Shown: positions 10,813 through 21,930, counted from the stretch's first letter. The stretch is 64,000 bases of DNA from Cyanophyceae cyanobacterium (GCA_038321985.1 JBBQFN010000003.1:256001-320000), one strand, 5' to 3'. Translations and numbers: made by a program. Notes: a model not told the origin generated them from the letters alone.

Positions 10813-10849
10813 CCTGGGAATTGATTTCAACTGTGCTTAACTCCTAACC

Positions 10850-10884
10850 AAATAGACCCCTTGCCGAAACAGGTCTATTTTTTA
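10850..10884 (+). terminator. Probable intrinsic terminator
   Basis: AAATAGACC ... GGTCTATTT stem followed by a T-run, downstream of the NUDIX gene. Confidence 0.5.
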
Positions 10885-11453
10885 GGGGTCTTTATTCCTA
10901 CTCCATTCCTAATTCCTGCCGATCGCCTCATTCGTCTTTAATGTCCAAAATCACGTAACCGAGCGATCGTTCCGCTGCTATTTTTCTATGAAGACGAAAT
11001 ATTAACAAACTCTCAAAGCCTTATCACTCAAAGTGATTCAGATTTTGATTAAGCTCATCCTTAAACCAAGGAAAAATTCCCAGGACAGGATTCGCACGGA
11101 GCTTTCCCATCCCCAATTGCCAAAGCACTCTCAACCTTGACTTACAATAGAGTTTTTAATCTCTGCTCAACCAGAAGGACAGGATAGTGGCTCAACCTCA
11201 CCCTCAACCCTACAAAACATATTATTTATTATTTATTGGTAAGAGATGCCATGGCAATAATAAACTTATTATTTTATTTTTAAATCTTTTGAAAAACACA
11301 TTTAAATCCCCTCGAACTTCTCTGGACTTTATAGTAAATATCTCGTAAAAAGTCATCGTTATTTCAGAACCTTATAACAAATTAACCCAGTTTAACTATA
11401 AAAAAATAGTCGGTCAACGGGTCGTAACATTCGTAATGTAAAAGGGGAGGGGT

Positions 11454-14400
11454 ATGAACGTCAATCGCCAATTTAGTCAAACCCATGATTCAATCAAGCC
11501 GGTTGGGCTCATTCAGGATGGATACTTCCAAACGATAGTTCAACGAGCAGCAATTGGGTTAGCCCTTTGGGATTTGACCGGAAAATTCTTGCAAGCCAAC
11601 CCCTTTTTACAAACTATGCTGGGGTACGAGGGAGAAGAACTATTGCATCTTGAATATCACCAGATTACCCATCCTGAGGACTTCCAAGTAGAGGATTCTC
11701 TGTTGCAAGAGTGTATTGCCGGAAAAAGAGAGGGGTATGAGATAGAAAAAAGATTAATTTGTAAAACTGGAAAAGAAATTTGGGTCAAACAAACCCTGTC
11801 AATGATGATGGAATCATCAGAAAGTTCACAATTTGCGGTAGCAACAATTGAGAATATTTCCCAAATCAAGAAAATTGAGAAGGATTTAAAAGAAAGCGAA
11901 GAAAAATATAAAACGATTTTTGAAGTGTTTCCAGTTGGAATTTCTATCACAGACTGGGAGGGGAATATTATCGATTCAAATCCCGCTCTATTACCGGATT
12001 TAAAAACTTTAATTAACAATCACAAGGCAGGAGTGAAAACCGAGGGAGAAGGTGCTCTGATTTTTAGGGATGGAACTCGACTAGATTTTGGGGAAATTCT
12101 CCAATCACTGATTTTACAAGAAAATCAATTCATCCCAGCTTTAGACGTCGGAATTAGCAAAGGCGAGGGAGAATTAGACTGGTTCAATATTACAGCGGCC
12201 CGGATTCCCTTAGAAAACTATGGAGTTGCGATCGCCTATATCGATATTACCGAATGTAAAAAATCCGAGCTAGCCTTAAAAGAAAGTGAACAGCGGTTTC
12301 GGGAAGCGGTAGATAATTTCCCGGATACCTTTGTCATTTATGATGCAGACTGCCGCATTCAATTTATCAATGCCGAAGGAATTCGAGTCAGTGGCTATAC
12401 TCAAGGGGAAATTCTCAATCGTCGGGACGAAGAATTATTTCCCCCCGAGATAACGGATAACTATCTTCCCCTCTTGTATCGGGCTATTGAAACTAAAATT
12501 CCTCAAAAAGGAGAATTCACCCTTACTTTAAATAACGCCCAATTAAGCGCGGCGATCGCCTACATTCCGTTAGTTAATGAAAGGGGGAAAATTTATCAAA
12601 TTTTAGGAATTACCCATGATATAACTGAACGTCAGCATACCGAAGAATCTTTACGCAAAAGTGAAATTACTAATCGAGCCTTACTCAACGCGATTCCCGA
12701 TTTAATGTTTCGGGTGAAAAAAGATGGGACCTACCTTGATTTTAAACCTGCTAATTTTGACAATTTACTCAGTCCCAAAATTTTTCAAGGCTTAAAAATT
12801 GGGGATGTCATGCCACCCCAAATTGCTGAAACTTCAATGGAGTATATCCAGAAAACCCTGGATAGCGAAGAAATACAAGTGTTTGAATATCAGTTAGAGA
12901 TTGGTGGAGAATTGTCCATTTATGAAGCTCGATTGATTGCCAGTGGAGACGAGGAAGTATTGGCAATCGTGAGAGACATTACGGCGCGTAAAAATGCCGA
13001 TCGCGAGAAAAATAAATTAATTGAATCTCTCCAAAAGAGTGAAGCCAATCTCGCCCGAGCGCAAAGAGTCGCTCATGTGGGAAGCTGGGAATATGAGGTA
13101 GACTCTAAAAAAATTACGGTTTCTGAAGAATTTTTAAGAATTTTTGATTCCCCGTTAAATTTAGGAACTACCTATAATCAACTGGTGAAGCGATTGCACC
13201 GAAAAGATAGAAAAATTTGGCTCAAGCTGATTAGAGAGGCGCTCGACTGCGGCAGTGCTAATGAAGTGGAACTAAGAATTTGCCAAGGCGATCGCAGTCT
13301 CCGTTATATTGAAGCCAGAGCCGAGGCAGTATTTAGCGAAACGGGACAACCGATTAGACTGTTTGGAACCGCCCTGGATATCACTGAACAGAAAAAAGCT
13401 CAAGCCGCCCTCGCAGAATCCGAAGCCAAATATCGCTCGTTAATGGATGACGCCGGAGATGCAATATTACTAACCGATATGGAGGGTAATTTTTTAGAAG
13501 CCAACAAAAAATCTGAGGAATTATTAGGTTATTCTAAAGAAGAATTAGTTACCCTAAACGCCAGCCAAATTGTACCTCCCGAAGAAGGGGAAAGAGTTAG
13601 GGCAGCCTTCGCATTAACCGCAAAAACCGGGAGTGGATGGTTACCGAATACCCAAGTCCGCCAAAAGGATGGGGAAACCCTATGGGCGGATATTAGTTGC
13701 AGTGTTGTGCAATGGGGAGAGGGCCTTAAAGTTCAACAAGCGATCGTTCGTGATATAACTTATCGAGTCCATATTGAAGCCTCCTTAAGGCAACAAGCCG
13801 AACGAGAGAGGCTGATTTCCTCTATGCAAGAGCGCATCCGTCAATCCCTGGATTTGAAAGAGATTTTAGAAACTACTGTCGTTCAGGTGAGGGAATTTTT
13901 ACAGTGCGATCGCGTGGCAATTTGTCGCTTTGGGTTAGACTGTAGCGGAGTGATAGTATCAGAATCAGTTAATCCCAAATATCGCTCCATTTTGGGATTG
14001 ACCCTGGTAAACCCTTTATTAGAAGAAAATGATTTACCGGCGGAACAGTTGGGCGGCATTTATCAAGTTGAGGATATTACTCAAACCTGGGTTAACAAGT
14101 CTCAGGTGAACTTCTTAACTCAGCTTGAAGTGAAGGCGATGTTAATGGTGCCGATCATCCAAAGTAGTGGGTTATGGGGATTACTAATCGCCCACAATTG
14201 TGCTACACCTCGACGATGGCAACAGTCCCAAATTAAGTTTCTTACCCAACTGGCAACTCAAGTAGGAATTGCCACTCAACAATCTCAACTTTATGAACAG
14301 CTTAAAGAAGCTAATCAACAGTTGCAGCAATTGGCAACTCGGGATGGATTGACCCTGTTGTCAAATCGGCGTCACTTTAATGAATATTTAGAACAAGAAT

Positions 14401-14843
14401 GGCGGCAGATGGAGCGCGATCGCACTCCTCTATCCTTGATTCTGTGCGATATCGACTTTTTTAAACCCTATAATGACACCTACGGCCATCAAGCTGGGGA
14501 TGAATGTCTCAAACGAGTTGCTCTCGCCATTCGTGCCGCCAGTAAGCGGCCCTTAGATTTTGTGGCGCGGTATGGCGGAGAAGAATTTGCCGTAATTTTA
14601 CCGGATACCGATCGCAGTGGGGCAATCCGCGTGGGGGAAAGCATTCGGGAGGCGATGAAAGCATTACAAGTTCCTCATAGCGCATCTCCCACCTGTGAAT
14701 GCATCACCTTGAGTGTGGGAATGGCGACGGTTATACCCGGTGTCGAGTCGTCCTTAGAAACCCTAATTCAGGAAGCGGATCTCGCCCTATATCGGGCCAA
14801 GGATAAGGGCCGCGATCGCTCCGTTCATTATGCTCAGATGTAG
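11454..14843 (+). CDS. Multi-PAS / GAF diguanylate cyclase
   Basis: About six PAS/PAC units (DITE/DITA ends), a GAF domain, then DGLTLLSNRR, DIDFFKPYNDTYGH and RPLD..ARYGGEEF (I-site plus active site). Confidence 0.93.
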   Translation: MNVNRQFSQTHDSIKPVGLIQDGYFQTIVQRAAIGLALWDLTGKFLQANPFLQTMLGYEGEELLHLEYHQITHPEDFQVEDSLLQECIAGKREGYEIEKRLICKTGKEIWVKQTLSMMMESSESSQFAVATIENISQIKKIEKDLKESEEKYKTIFEVFPVGISITDWEGNIIDSNPALLPDLKTLINNHKAGVKTEGEGALIFRDGTRLDFGEILQSLILQENQFIPALDVGISKGEGELDWFNITAARIPLENYGVAIAYIDITECKKSELALKESEQRFREAVDNFPDTFVIYDADCRIQFINAEGIRVSGYTQGEILNRRDEELFPPEITDNYLPLLYRAIETKIPQKGEFTLTLNNAQLSAAIAYIPLVNERGKIYQILGITHDITERQHTEESLRKSEITNRALLNAIPDLMFRVKKDGTYLDFKPANFDNLLSPKIFQGLKIGDVMPPQIAETSMEYIQKTLDSEEIQVFEYQLEIGGELSIYEARLIASGDEEVLAIVRDITARKNADREKNKLIESLQKSEANLARAQRVAHVGSWEYEVDSKKITVSEEFLRIFDSPLNLGTTYNQLVKRLHRKDRKIWLKLIREALDCGSANEVELRICQGDRSLRYIEARAEAVFSETGQPIRLFGTALDITEQKKAQAALAESEAKYRSLMDDAGDAILLTDMEGNFLEANKKSEELLGYSKEELVTLNASQIVPPEEGERVRAAFALTAKTGSGWLPNTQVRQKDGETLWADISCSVVQWGEGLKVQQAIVRDITYRVHIEASLRQQAERERLISSMQERIRQSLDLKEILETTVVQVREFLQCDRVAICRFGLDCSGVIVSESVNPKYRSILGLTLVNPLLEENDLPAEQLGGIYQVEDITQTWVNKSQVNFLTQLEVKAMLMVPIIQSSGLWGLLIAHNCATPRRWQQSQIKFLTQLATQVGIATQQSQLYEQLKEANQQLQQLATRDGLTLLSNRRHFNEYLEQEWRQMERDRTPLSLILCDIDFFKPYNDTYGHQAGDECLKRVALAIRAASKRPLDFVARYGGEEFAVILPDTDRSGAIRVGESIREAMKALQVPHSASPTCECITLSVGMATVIPGVESSLETLIQEADLALYRAKDKGRDRSVHYAQM

Positions 14844-15296
14844 GGGTCCAACCTATGGAGGCGATCGGATCACCCACTTTCGAGAGCTACTCCTGCTAAA
14901 ATAAATGGCGATTCGACCCATCCCCCTTGGAGTAAACTATGGAAGGCCATTTTTTAAAGTTCCTATTTTGGCCGGACCCCTTCAATTGCGGGGGATGGCG
15001 CTCAAAGTAGGAGAAAAAAGTAGCCTAATGGAATTGGGGGTCACGATAAGGGATTAGCAATCCCGAGAAAGAATCTCAATTCCCCTAAAGCGGCGATCGC
15101 GCTGTTCCCTTGAACTTAATGTTCATCACTTAAGGAGTCTGAGGGAACGGACAAAACAAGCGCAAAATCCAGGAAAAATGCGATCGTCAAGCTAGGAAAA
15201 TCTCCCTAAACAGGGGATTACAAATGAGTTTCTCATTCCACTCAACCAGCAAGATCAACCTGCACGGCATAATCTGTTCTTGAAAACCCGATCGCA

Positions 15297-15701
15297 ATGA
15301 CTAAAACCATAATTCGTACAGAGCAAGCACCGGCACCCGTTGGGCCTTACAATCAGGCGATTGTCGCCACGGGTAAGTTAGTGTTTGTTGCAGGTCAAAT
15401 TTGCCTGGACCCAAGCACCGCGACCCTAGTCGGGGAGGGTGATGTGGTCAAGCAGACTACCCAAGTGATGGCGAATTTAAACGCCATCCTAAGCGCTGCC
15501 GGTGCCACCTTTCAGGATGTAGTGAAAACAACTGTTTTTTTGGCAGATATGAATGATTTTGCCGCGATGAATGCAGTTTATGCTCAATATTTCGATGAAG
15601 CTACGGCTCCAGCACGGGCAACGGTGCAAGTGTCGCGTTTACCCAAAGATGTAAAAGTCGAGATTGACTGTATCGCGGTGATTGAAGGAACTCCCACATA
15701 G
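15297..15701 (+). CDS. ridA: RidA/YjgF enamine-imine deaminase
   Basis: [39 protein letters not shown]. Confidence 0.92.
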   Translation: MTKTIIRTEQAPAPVGPYNQAIVATGKLVFVAGQICLDPSTATLVGEGDVVKQTTQVMANLNAILSAAGATFQDVVKTTVFLADMNDFAAMNAVYAQYFDEATAPARATVQVSRLPKDVKVEIDCIAVIEGTPT

Positions 15702-15788
15702 TCTTAAGATTTAAAAACAGCAAAATCCTGATATCTTAGGGGTTTGGTGGCAAGATAAGGATGAATTTAGGAGAGGTTATAAAATTTA

Positions 15789-16925
15789 ATGACGATCCAA
15801 CAGCCTACAAATACGGCAGTTACTAGCAAAGCGTCTAGTAATTCCTTTAGAAGTTCCATTCTCAGCGTTGATTTGGGCCGGACAGCGACCAAAGCCTGTG
15901 TCAGCCGTGATCCGAACCAAGTTGTTTTTATTCCGTCTAACGTGGCCCAGGTCCCAGTGGAAAAGGTGCGGGGTGGAGAATTTGAATCCCGTCCTACGGA
16001 TCCTTTATTGGATATGTGGCTAGAGTATCAAGGACGCGGTTATGCGATCGGTCAACTCGCGGCTGACTTTGGCGCGAATCTGGGAGTCGGAGAAAGCAAG
16101 GTTGAAAATGCACTGGTCAAAGTTTTGGCAAGCGCTACTTACTTTGGACTTAAAGACGATTTGGTAGTTATTCTGGGTCTGCCCTATCATTCTCAAGAAG
16201 AGTTTGAGCGGGAAAAAGAAGAAATTACCAATTTGCTGACGTCGCCCCATGTGATGAACTATCGCGGTGAGCAAGTGACGCTCAATATCACCAAGGTATG
16301 GGTGATGCCCGAAGGATATGGCAGCTTGATCTGGTGTGAAGCCCAAGAGAAGGTGGATAAAAAAGGCGTGTCCCCGGATTTTGCCAAGACATCCGTGGCG
16401 ATCGTCGATATCGGACATCAAACCGCTGACTTTTTAATGGTAGATAATTTCCGGTTCGCACGTGGAGCATCTAAGAGCGAACCCTTTGCCATGAGCGAGT
16501 TTTACAAGCGCGTGGGCATCGAAGTTGAAAAGGCATACAGCCAAGCGCCCATTAGCGTCGATACTCAATCCTTGTCCTTAATTGATGCGGTGAATAAACC
16601 AAGGGGTCAACGGTTCTTCCGTCCTCGTGGGGCATCCAAACCGACGAATCTTGATGATTTTCTGCCCAACCTGCGGGAATTATTTGCCCGGGAACTGTCG
16701 GATATCCTAATTAAGTGGTTACCGGAACGGGTCACTGACGTGATTTTGACCGGCGGTGGTGGAGAGTTCTTCTCCGATGCCCTCAAACCGTTGGTGGAAC
16801 AAGCCGGTTTAAAAGTTCATCTGGCGCAACCTTCCCGTCAGGCAAATGCTGTGGGACAATATTTGTATGGAGAGGCTCAACTAGCTTCCTCTTCTTATAC
16901 TCGTTCCTCTAGGGCTGGAAGTTAA
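15789..16925 (+). CDS. parM: ParM/StbA-family actin-like ATPase (chromosomal, CorM-like)
   Basis: Actin-fold motifs: SVDLGRTATK (phosphate 1), VMPEG (connect 1), IVDIGHQTAD (phosphate 2), ILTGGGG (adenosine), ANAVG. Confidence 0.85.
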   Translation: MTIQQPTNTAVTSKASSNSFRSSILSVDLGRTATKACVSRDPNQVVFIPSNVAQVPVEKVRGGEFESRPTDPLLDMWLEYQGRGYAIGQLAADFGANLGVGESKVENALVKVLASATYFGLKDDLVVILGLPYHSQEEFEREKEEITNLLTSPHVMNYRGEQVTLNITKVWVMPEGYGSLIWCEAQEKVDKKGVSPDFAKTSVAIVDIGHQTADFLMVDNFRFARGASKSEPFAMSEFYKRVGIEVEKAYSQAPISVDTQSLSLIDAVNKPRGQRFFRPRGASKPTNLDDFLPNLRELFARELSDILIKWLPERVTDVILTGGGGEFFSDALKPLVEQAGLKVHLAQPSRQANAVGQYLYGEAQLASSSYTRSSRAGS

Positions 16926-16928
16926 TTA

Positions 16929-17417
16929 ATGGTTTTTTGGTTAAGCAAGACAAAGAAACAGGTCGGATTTACCGATGAGGTAGCCGATCGAACCTTGTTA
17001 GCGGTTGTGGAAAAAGAGTTACAAAATCAACCGCACAAGAGTTTCGGCGACTTGTGTAAGGAAGCCCTATGGCATTATTTGTATGTACCTGAATCGGTCA
17101 AACCGACTAGGAAATTAGCAGATGCCTCGGACACCATTGCGGAGTTACAAGGCCAATTGAGGTGCCTAGAGGAACGGGTGGCGGCAAGGGAAGCGAATCG
17201 ATTGGATGTACTGGAAAAGCAGTTGCAACAATTGAGCTTGCAGGTGGGACAGTTAGCGATCGCCCTCAATCAACGGGGTACCTATCAACCGCCTCAACAA
17301 GCCTATCTGGAACCTATACCGGAACCTATACCGGAACCGGAACCCGAACCCGTAGCCCCAGCCAAACCTGTAGATCCTTTACTCCAACGGCTCAGTTCCT
17401 TCATCGATGATTTCTAA
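16929..17417 (+). CDS. parR: ParR-like partner (CorR-like): short hydrophobic N-terminus, coiled coil, Pro-rich linker, conserved tail
   Basis: Starts 3 nt after parM. MVFWLSK N-terminus, SFGDLCKEAL, heptad region, (EPIP)n linker, DPLLQRLSSFIDDF tail. Confidence 0.7.
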   Translation: MVFWLSKTKKQVGFTDEVADRTLLAVVEKELQNQPHKSFGDLCKEALWHYLYVPESVKPTRKLADASDTIAELQGQLRCLEERVAAREANRLDVLEKQLQQLSLQVGQLAIALNQRGTYQPPQQAYLEPIPEPIPEPEPEPVAPAKPVDPLLQRLSSFIDDF

Positions 17418-17463
17418 GTCGGTGGCGATCGGGTAGAAAAAGTCAGGATAAAATCTGCAAGCA

Positions 17464-17508
17464 TCAGGAGTCAGAAGTTTTATAAACCTTTGACTCCTGA
17501 CTCTTTTT
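17464..17508. terminator. Hairpin/terminator between parR and the convergent R-M gene
   Basis: TCAGGAGTCA ... TGACTCCTGA stem followed by CTCTTTTT. Confidence 0.6.
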
Positions 17509-17557
17509 GGGAATATCTTGTCAAGAATTGGACGAGTTAGACCCGCATCAACAGGAA

Positions 17558-20500
17558 CTATTCCAAAGGCCATTCTGGAATCACATCATCAATTTCTGAC
17601 ATAATCTGCATCGTTTCCTTCAGTGCCACCACCACCCGCTGATAGTGCAAAATATCATCAAATGATAAAGTTCGCTGGGCCTTCTTACGGTCTTTGAGCC
17701 ATTTATCTAATACTTGATATCCCCCCACTTTAAATTCCCAAACTTCTGGAGAAATTCCTTCAAAATATTGCTGCGTATTAATATAAATTCGCTCTTGAAG
17801 CGGTTGATACCGAACCTCTATCACTTGAGGATCCCCATCCCCATGATACTGGGGAATCAACGCATTAAGTTTTTTCGACTGCATCAGATGTAGCTGGACT
17901 AATGCTTCCCCTTTTTCCCCTAAAGATAGAAACAGCTTATCATTCCCTGTCAAAGGCAAGCGGGGAAAATCTATTTTTAAGAATTCACTATAACGTTGGC
18001 GATAGGTGGGGCTGTGAAAAATCGCATAGGTATAATAAAAAATTGCTTCAGGTGTAGGGATATAGCCCAATTTTTGACGGATAGCCGTTATAAAATCCGA
18101 GGACAAATTTGCAGTGCGTTCGGTGAATAAACTCCCCTGTTCGTTCCCTGTATCCGGATAAAGGTAAAGGGGAAAAACATAACAATTATCAATGATTGAA
18201 ACCGCATCTTTATTAACGATTTTATTAGAAACAAAAAAATGATTGTTCTCTGATTCCCTAATTCGTCTCATGGTTAACAGGGCTAAATTTTCAAAGCCTT
18301 GTAAATGATCCATGATTTCTTTTGGGGTAAAATCTACCAATTCTTCTTTATGATAATAGGCCCTTAAATCAAAAGGCCGATACAAACATTCCGTGAAATA
18401 GGTTTCCCAATTGGTATCACGGGCTAACGAACGTCTATTCGGATTGATTTTCCAATCTCGATTATCTTGAATGTGGTATGTTTCTGCAATTTCTTGATCA
18501 CTAATCTTTAAATTTCTAAATTGTTCTATCCCATGCTGAAGTGCAGACCTCTCAAAGTCTAAAACAAAATTGTCTCGATGGGTCTTCACCCCAGTTGAGT
18601 TAACGGGCATGATATCAGGGATTTTCCACCCTTTGTTGTATTCCAAGAGTAAATCTTGATCTTGGGGATAAAATAAATAAAATGGTGAGTTGGGTTCTAC
18701 CGTTGTCCATTCCGTGGTCTCAATATCTAACCGATTTAGCGCATAATACTTCTGCGATCGGTCACCCCACAAATCAGCATGATAAACTTTTGCGGGTGTT
18801 TCTTTACCCGGTTCTTTGATAAAAATCCCGATACAGACCCCTGTCTGGATATCAAACACATTTTTATCCCGTGATCCATCTGGGCAAACTTCCTTTTTCT
18901 TGGAATTTCCATGTAAATCCAGGATATAAATTTCGGTAAATGTCTGCATCAAATGTTGCCGCATCCCGCAAAATGTGGGATTATCCAGATATCCGTGATT
19001 GGTAATAAAAGCTAAGACCCCATAGCCTGTTTCATTAACTCTCCACTGTCCAAATCGAATAAATTTGACGTAATCATCTTGTAAATATTTGGGGTTTCGT
19101 TCTCCTAGAGGGACACCATCCACTTGGTAATAATCTCGGACTAAACTCTCGATCCACTCTCCTTTATTTGCTGAAGTTCCCGAATAAGGCGGATTGCCCA
19201 AAACCACCATTACGGGTACATCCCGCTTGATTACAGACGCCTCGTTTGCCTCTTGGGCGACAAATTGACCAAATAACATATCGGATTTTTTGAGCGCCTC
19301 ATCCAAGGTATTAGTCAGATAAATCCCCAAGCGTTGTTTATGTTTAAACTGATACCCGAGTTCTTGCAGTTGCCAGCCTAGTTTTAAGTGGGCGATCGCA
19401 TAAGGGGCCATTAATAACTCAAAGCCATATAAGCGAGGTAGTAAATTGTTTTTAACATAGTCGTTCCAACTCTTTCCCAGCCCAATTTCCTCTATATTTT
19501 GATAAATTTGGTTAACCACCCCATAGAGAAATGTCCCAGTTCCGGTGGCGGGATCAAGAATCTGAACTCGGGGTTGTTGCGTCTTTAAGTCTTTCGCATT
19601 ATCAGCTAAACCTAGGGGTAAATTAAACTTATTTTTTAATACTTTATTTACCGAACGAACCATATAAGAAACTACAGGTTCCGGAGTATAGTAGACGCCT
19701 CGGCTTTTGCGGAGTGAAGAATCGTAGGCAGCCAAAAAGGTTTCATAAAAATGAACCACTGGATCTTCTGGGCGGGTTCGACTGCCAAAGTCTTCTAAAA
19801 TATTACCCATATCTACGCGAACCAACAGTTCTACTAAGTCGTCAACTGCCCAATAAATGGCTTGCAAAGCATCGGTTTCAAATAAAGTATGAAACAATTG
19901 CTTTAAAAAGGGGTTTGTTTCCGGGATATATCCTTCAACAAAGCGACGCTCAAAGGGATAATTTCCCAAAGCCTGACTATGACTGACTCGGGCTGCAAAT
20001 AATCCATAAGAAATAGTTTGAGCATACATATCTGCAAAAGCTGCATCATCTAAATCTGGCAATAATACTTCATTAAATCCTCACTTCAGTTGATGTAACT
20101 CTTCTTCAACATTTTCTCTTTTTAACGCTTCTTCAATTGCATATTTTATCGCTTTTGTCAATCGAGCCATTTGCCTCGCCAGGTCTTCGGGGCTACTGAT
20201 AATTATTCCTTCGTAGTTCAGGAATCCTTCGATTAACTGATTAACAGTCTTTGAATGTAATTTGTATTTAATTGTTTGAGTTTTTTCACATAACTGCCTA
20301 GAGTTGTAAACAACCTTTTTTCCCCGTTCACATACCAGCGAAATTCAAGATAGTTCGTCAAAATTAGATTAGGAAAAAATTCGAGATAACGCTGTAATTA
20401 CTCAGTCTGTTCAGCCAGATCAAGATTCGCTCCTATTTTTTTCACTTCGATATAACCAACTAGGAGTTTACGCCGTCTTACTGTAAAGTCTGGAACCCCA

Positions 20501-20643
20501 GCTTTATTTTTTGTCTCTTCAATTGGTGCTTCTATCCCTTCCTCCGAATTCTCAAGCAAATATTGGAGGGCGGGATAGTGAGTCCGTTCACTCCCTCGTT
20601 CTAAATTTTTTCGCAGCAATTTGATATAATTGTCGAAGTTCAT
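17558..20643 (-). pseudogene. Single-chain restriction-modification enzyme (nuclease-N6-MTase-TRD, type IIG/ISP-like), disrupted 5' part with intact 834-codon MTase-TRD frame
   Basis: N-terminus PDF..GYIEVK (PD-(D/E)xK). In-frame TAA at 20398-20400 (EQTE*LQRY), a frameshift near 20281-20286 and TGA at 20081-20083. Downstream frame 17558-20062 has GVYYTP, ILDPATGTG, GNPPY and GGYQVLDKWLKDRK. Confidence 0.85.
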
Positions 20644-20825
20644 AACCATGAGTATTTTTCCAGAAGTGGTCAATGAATACGGCTTTTATGGTATCATAAA
20701 TCAAAGCCTAAGTTTCATGAAAAAATATTAAATTTTAGATGAGAGGAGATGGGCATTAATTACCCATACCCCCTGATTTAATTCCCTAGGCAACACAACC
20801 GAATAGCTCATCGGGAAGGTTTTCT

Positions 20826-21080
20826 TTAAAATGCCCGGATAGGACCGATAAAGCCCTTTTTAGTCAGGCGATCGCGAAGCATCTCCGGAGGAGAATCGCC
20901 ATTGTTTCTTAAAATTAAGGGATAATTTATTTTTGAGAATTTCCTAATTGTTTCAACAATATCATTAAAAACCTGAATAATGTTGTGGGGTGGTCTCAAA
21001 AGCTGAGATGCCAGAATTCCAGTCGCACTCATATTCGCTTGAGCGCTCCCCTAAACTGCACCTTTAACCACTGCAATATA
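20826..21080 (-). pseudogene. Remnant of a type I R-M specificity subunit (HsdS C-terminal part)
   Basis: Hand translation YIAVVKGAV*GSAQANMSATGILASQLLRPPHNIIQVFNDIVETI...LRDRL resembles the HsdS pattern GSAQ.N.S ... PP..I..F..IV ... LRD.LL. Contains an internal TAG. Confidence 0.5.
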
Positions 21081-21083
21081 TCC

Positions 21084-21425
21084 TCACTCTTGCCCCAATT
21101 CCTGCAACATTCTTTCTACCGTCACCTTCAACGGAGGCAAATTATTTTGGACAATGGCCCACACTAAATTAAGCGAGATGCGGAAATACTCATGCACCAC
21201 AATATTTCTAAAGGCGATAATCTGGGGCCACGGTACCTCAGAATATTGGCTCCTCAATTCACTAGATAGGCTATTTGCTGCTTCTCCAATAATTTGCAGA
21301 TGATGAACCACCCAAACTTGAATGAGTTCTTGTTCATCAAATGCTTGCCGTCCTTGATTCGCATATCGTTCAATTGCTGATATTGCCTCCCAAATATCTT
21401 GTAGCCGTTCAGTTTCTCGTCTCAT
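21084..21425 (-). CDS. hepT: HEPN (DUF86/HepT-like) ribonuclease toxin
   Basis: LQIIGEAA, PW..I..FRNIVVHEY (Rx4HxY motif). Start overlaps the upstream MNT stop. Confidence 0.9.
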   Translation of the reverse strand: MRRETERLQDIWEAISAIERYANQGRQAFDEQELIQVWVVHHLQIIGEAANSLSSELRSQYSEVPWPQIIAFRNIVVHEYFRISLNLVWAIVQNNLPPLKVTVERMLQELGQE

Positions 21426-21733
21426 AGCCTGACAGCCTCAAGCAAAATGCGATCGCGAATCCGCTCTTTCAACATATCCACCGTCACAATATCCACCTTG
21501 CGATTTAATAGCTGTTCCAAATCCAGCAATAGCCCTCCTGGAAACCAAGGGGTGATTTTTTCTAAATCATAGTCCACTAAAAAATCAATATCGCTATCTT
21601 CCCTCGCTTCACCTCGCGCTACTGAACCAAATACCCGCACATTATAGGCACCATGCTTTTCAGCTAGGGCGATAATTTGCGATCGCCGCTGATTCAACAA
21701 GTCTTGAATGCTTAATCCTATTTGATTTTTCAT
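21422..21733 (-). CDS. mntA: Minimal nucleotidyltransferase antitoxin (MNT)
   Basis: VFGSVARGEAREDSDIDFLV (GSx10DxD), RKVDIV. Confidence 0.9.
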   Translation of the reverse strand: MKNQIGLSIQDLLNQRRSQIIALAEKHGAYNVRVFGSVARGEAREDSDIDFLVDYDLEKITPWFPGGLLLDLEQLLNRKVDIVTVDMLKERIRDRILLEAVRL

Positions 21734-21930
21734 CCATCCCCAATATTTGTCAGTTTTCCCCAATGGCTGCTGCTAGTTTGTCACTTTCTCAAACCTGTGC
21801 ATCCAACTGCTTTATCAAATTTTTACACAAACCCGATCGCTAAACCCGAGGACGATGCTCAATGCTCTTGTGCACCACGGTTCTCCCCTACAATAGAAAA
21901 CCGATCGCATCGTCTGTAACTATTGACTCC

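Noticed and set aside
13830..14290. GAF domain of the diguanylate cyclase as a cyanobacteriochrome photoreceptor
   Set aside because: The positions of the DxCF and CH chromophore motifs read NPLL and SQ, so no bilin-binding Cys is evident.
17310..17351. GAACCTATACCG tandem repeats as a parC centromere
   Set aside because: They lie inside parR and encode the EPIP/EP linker.
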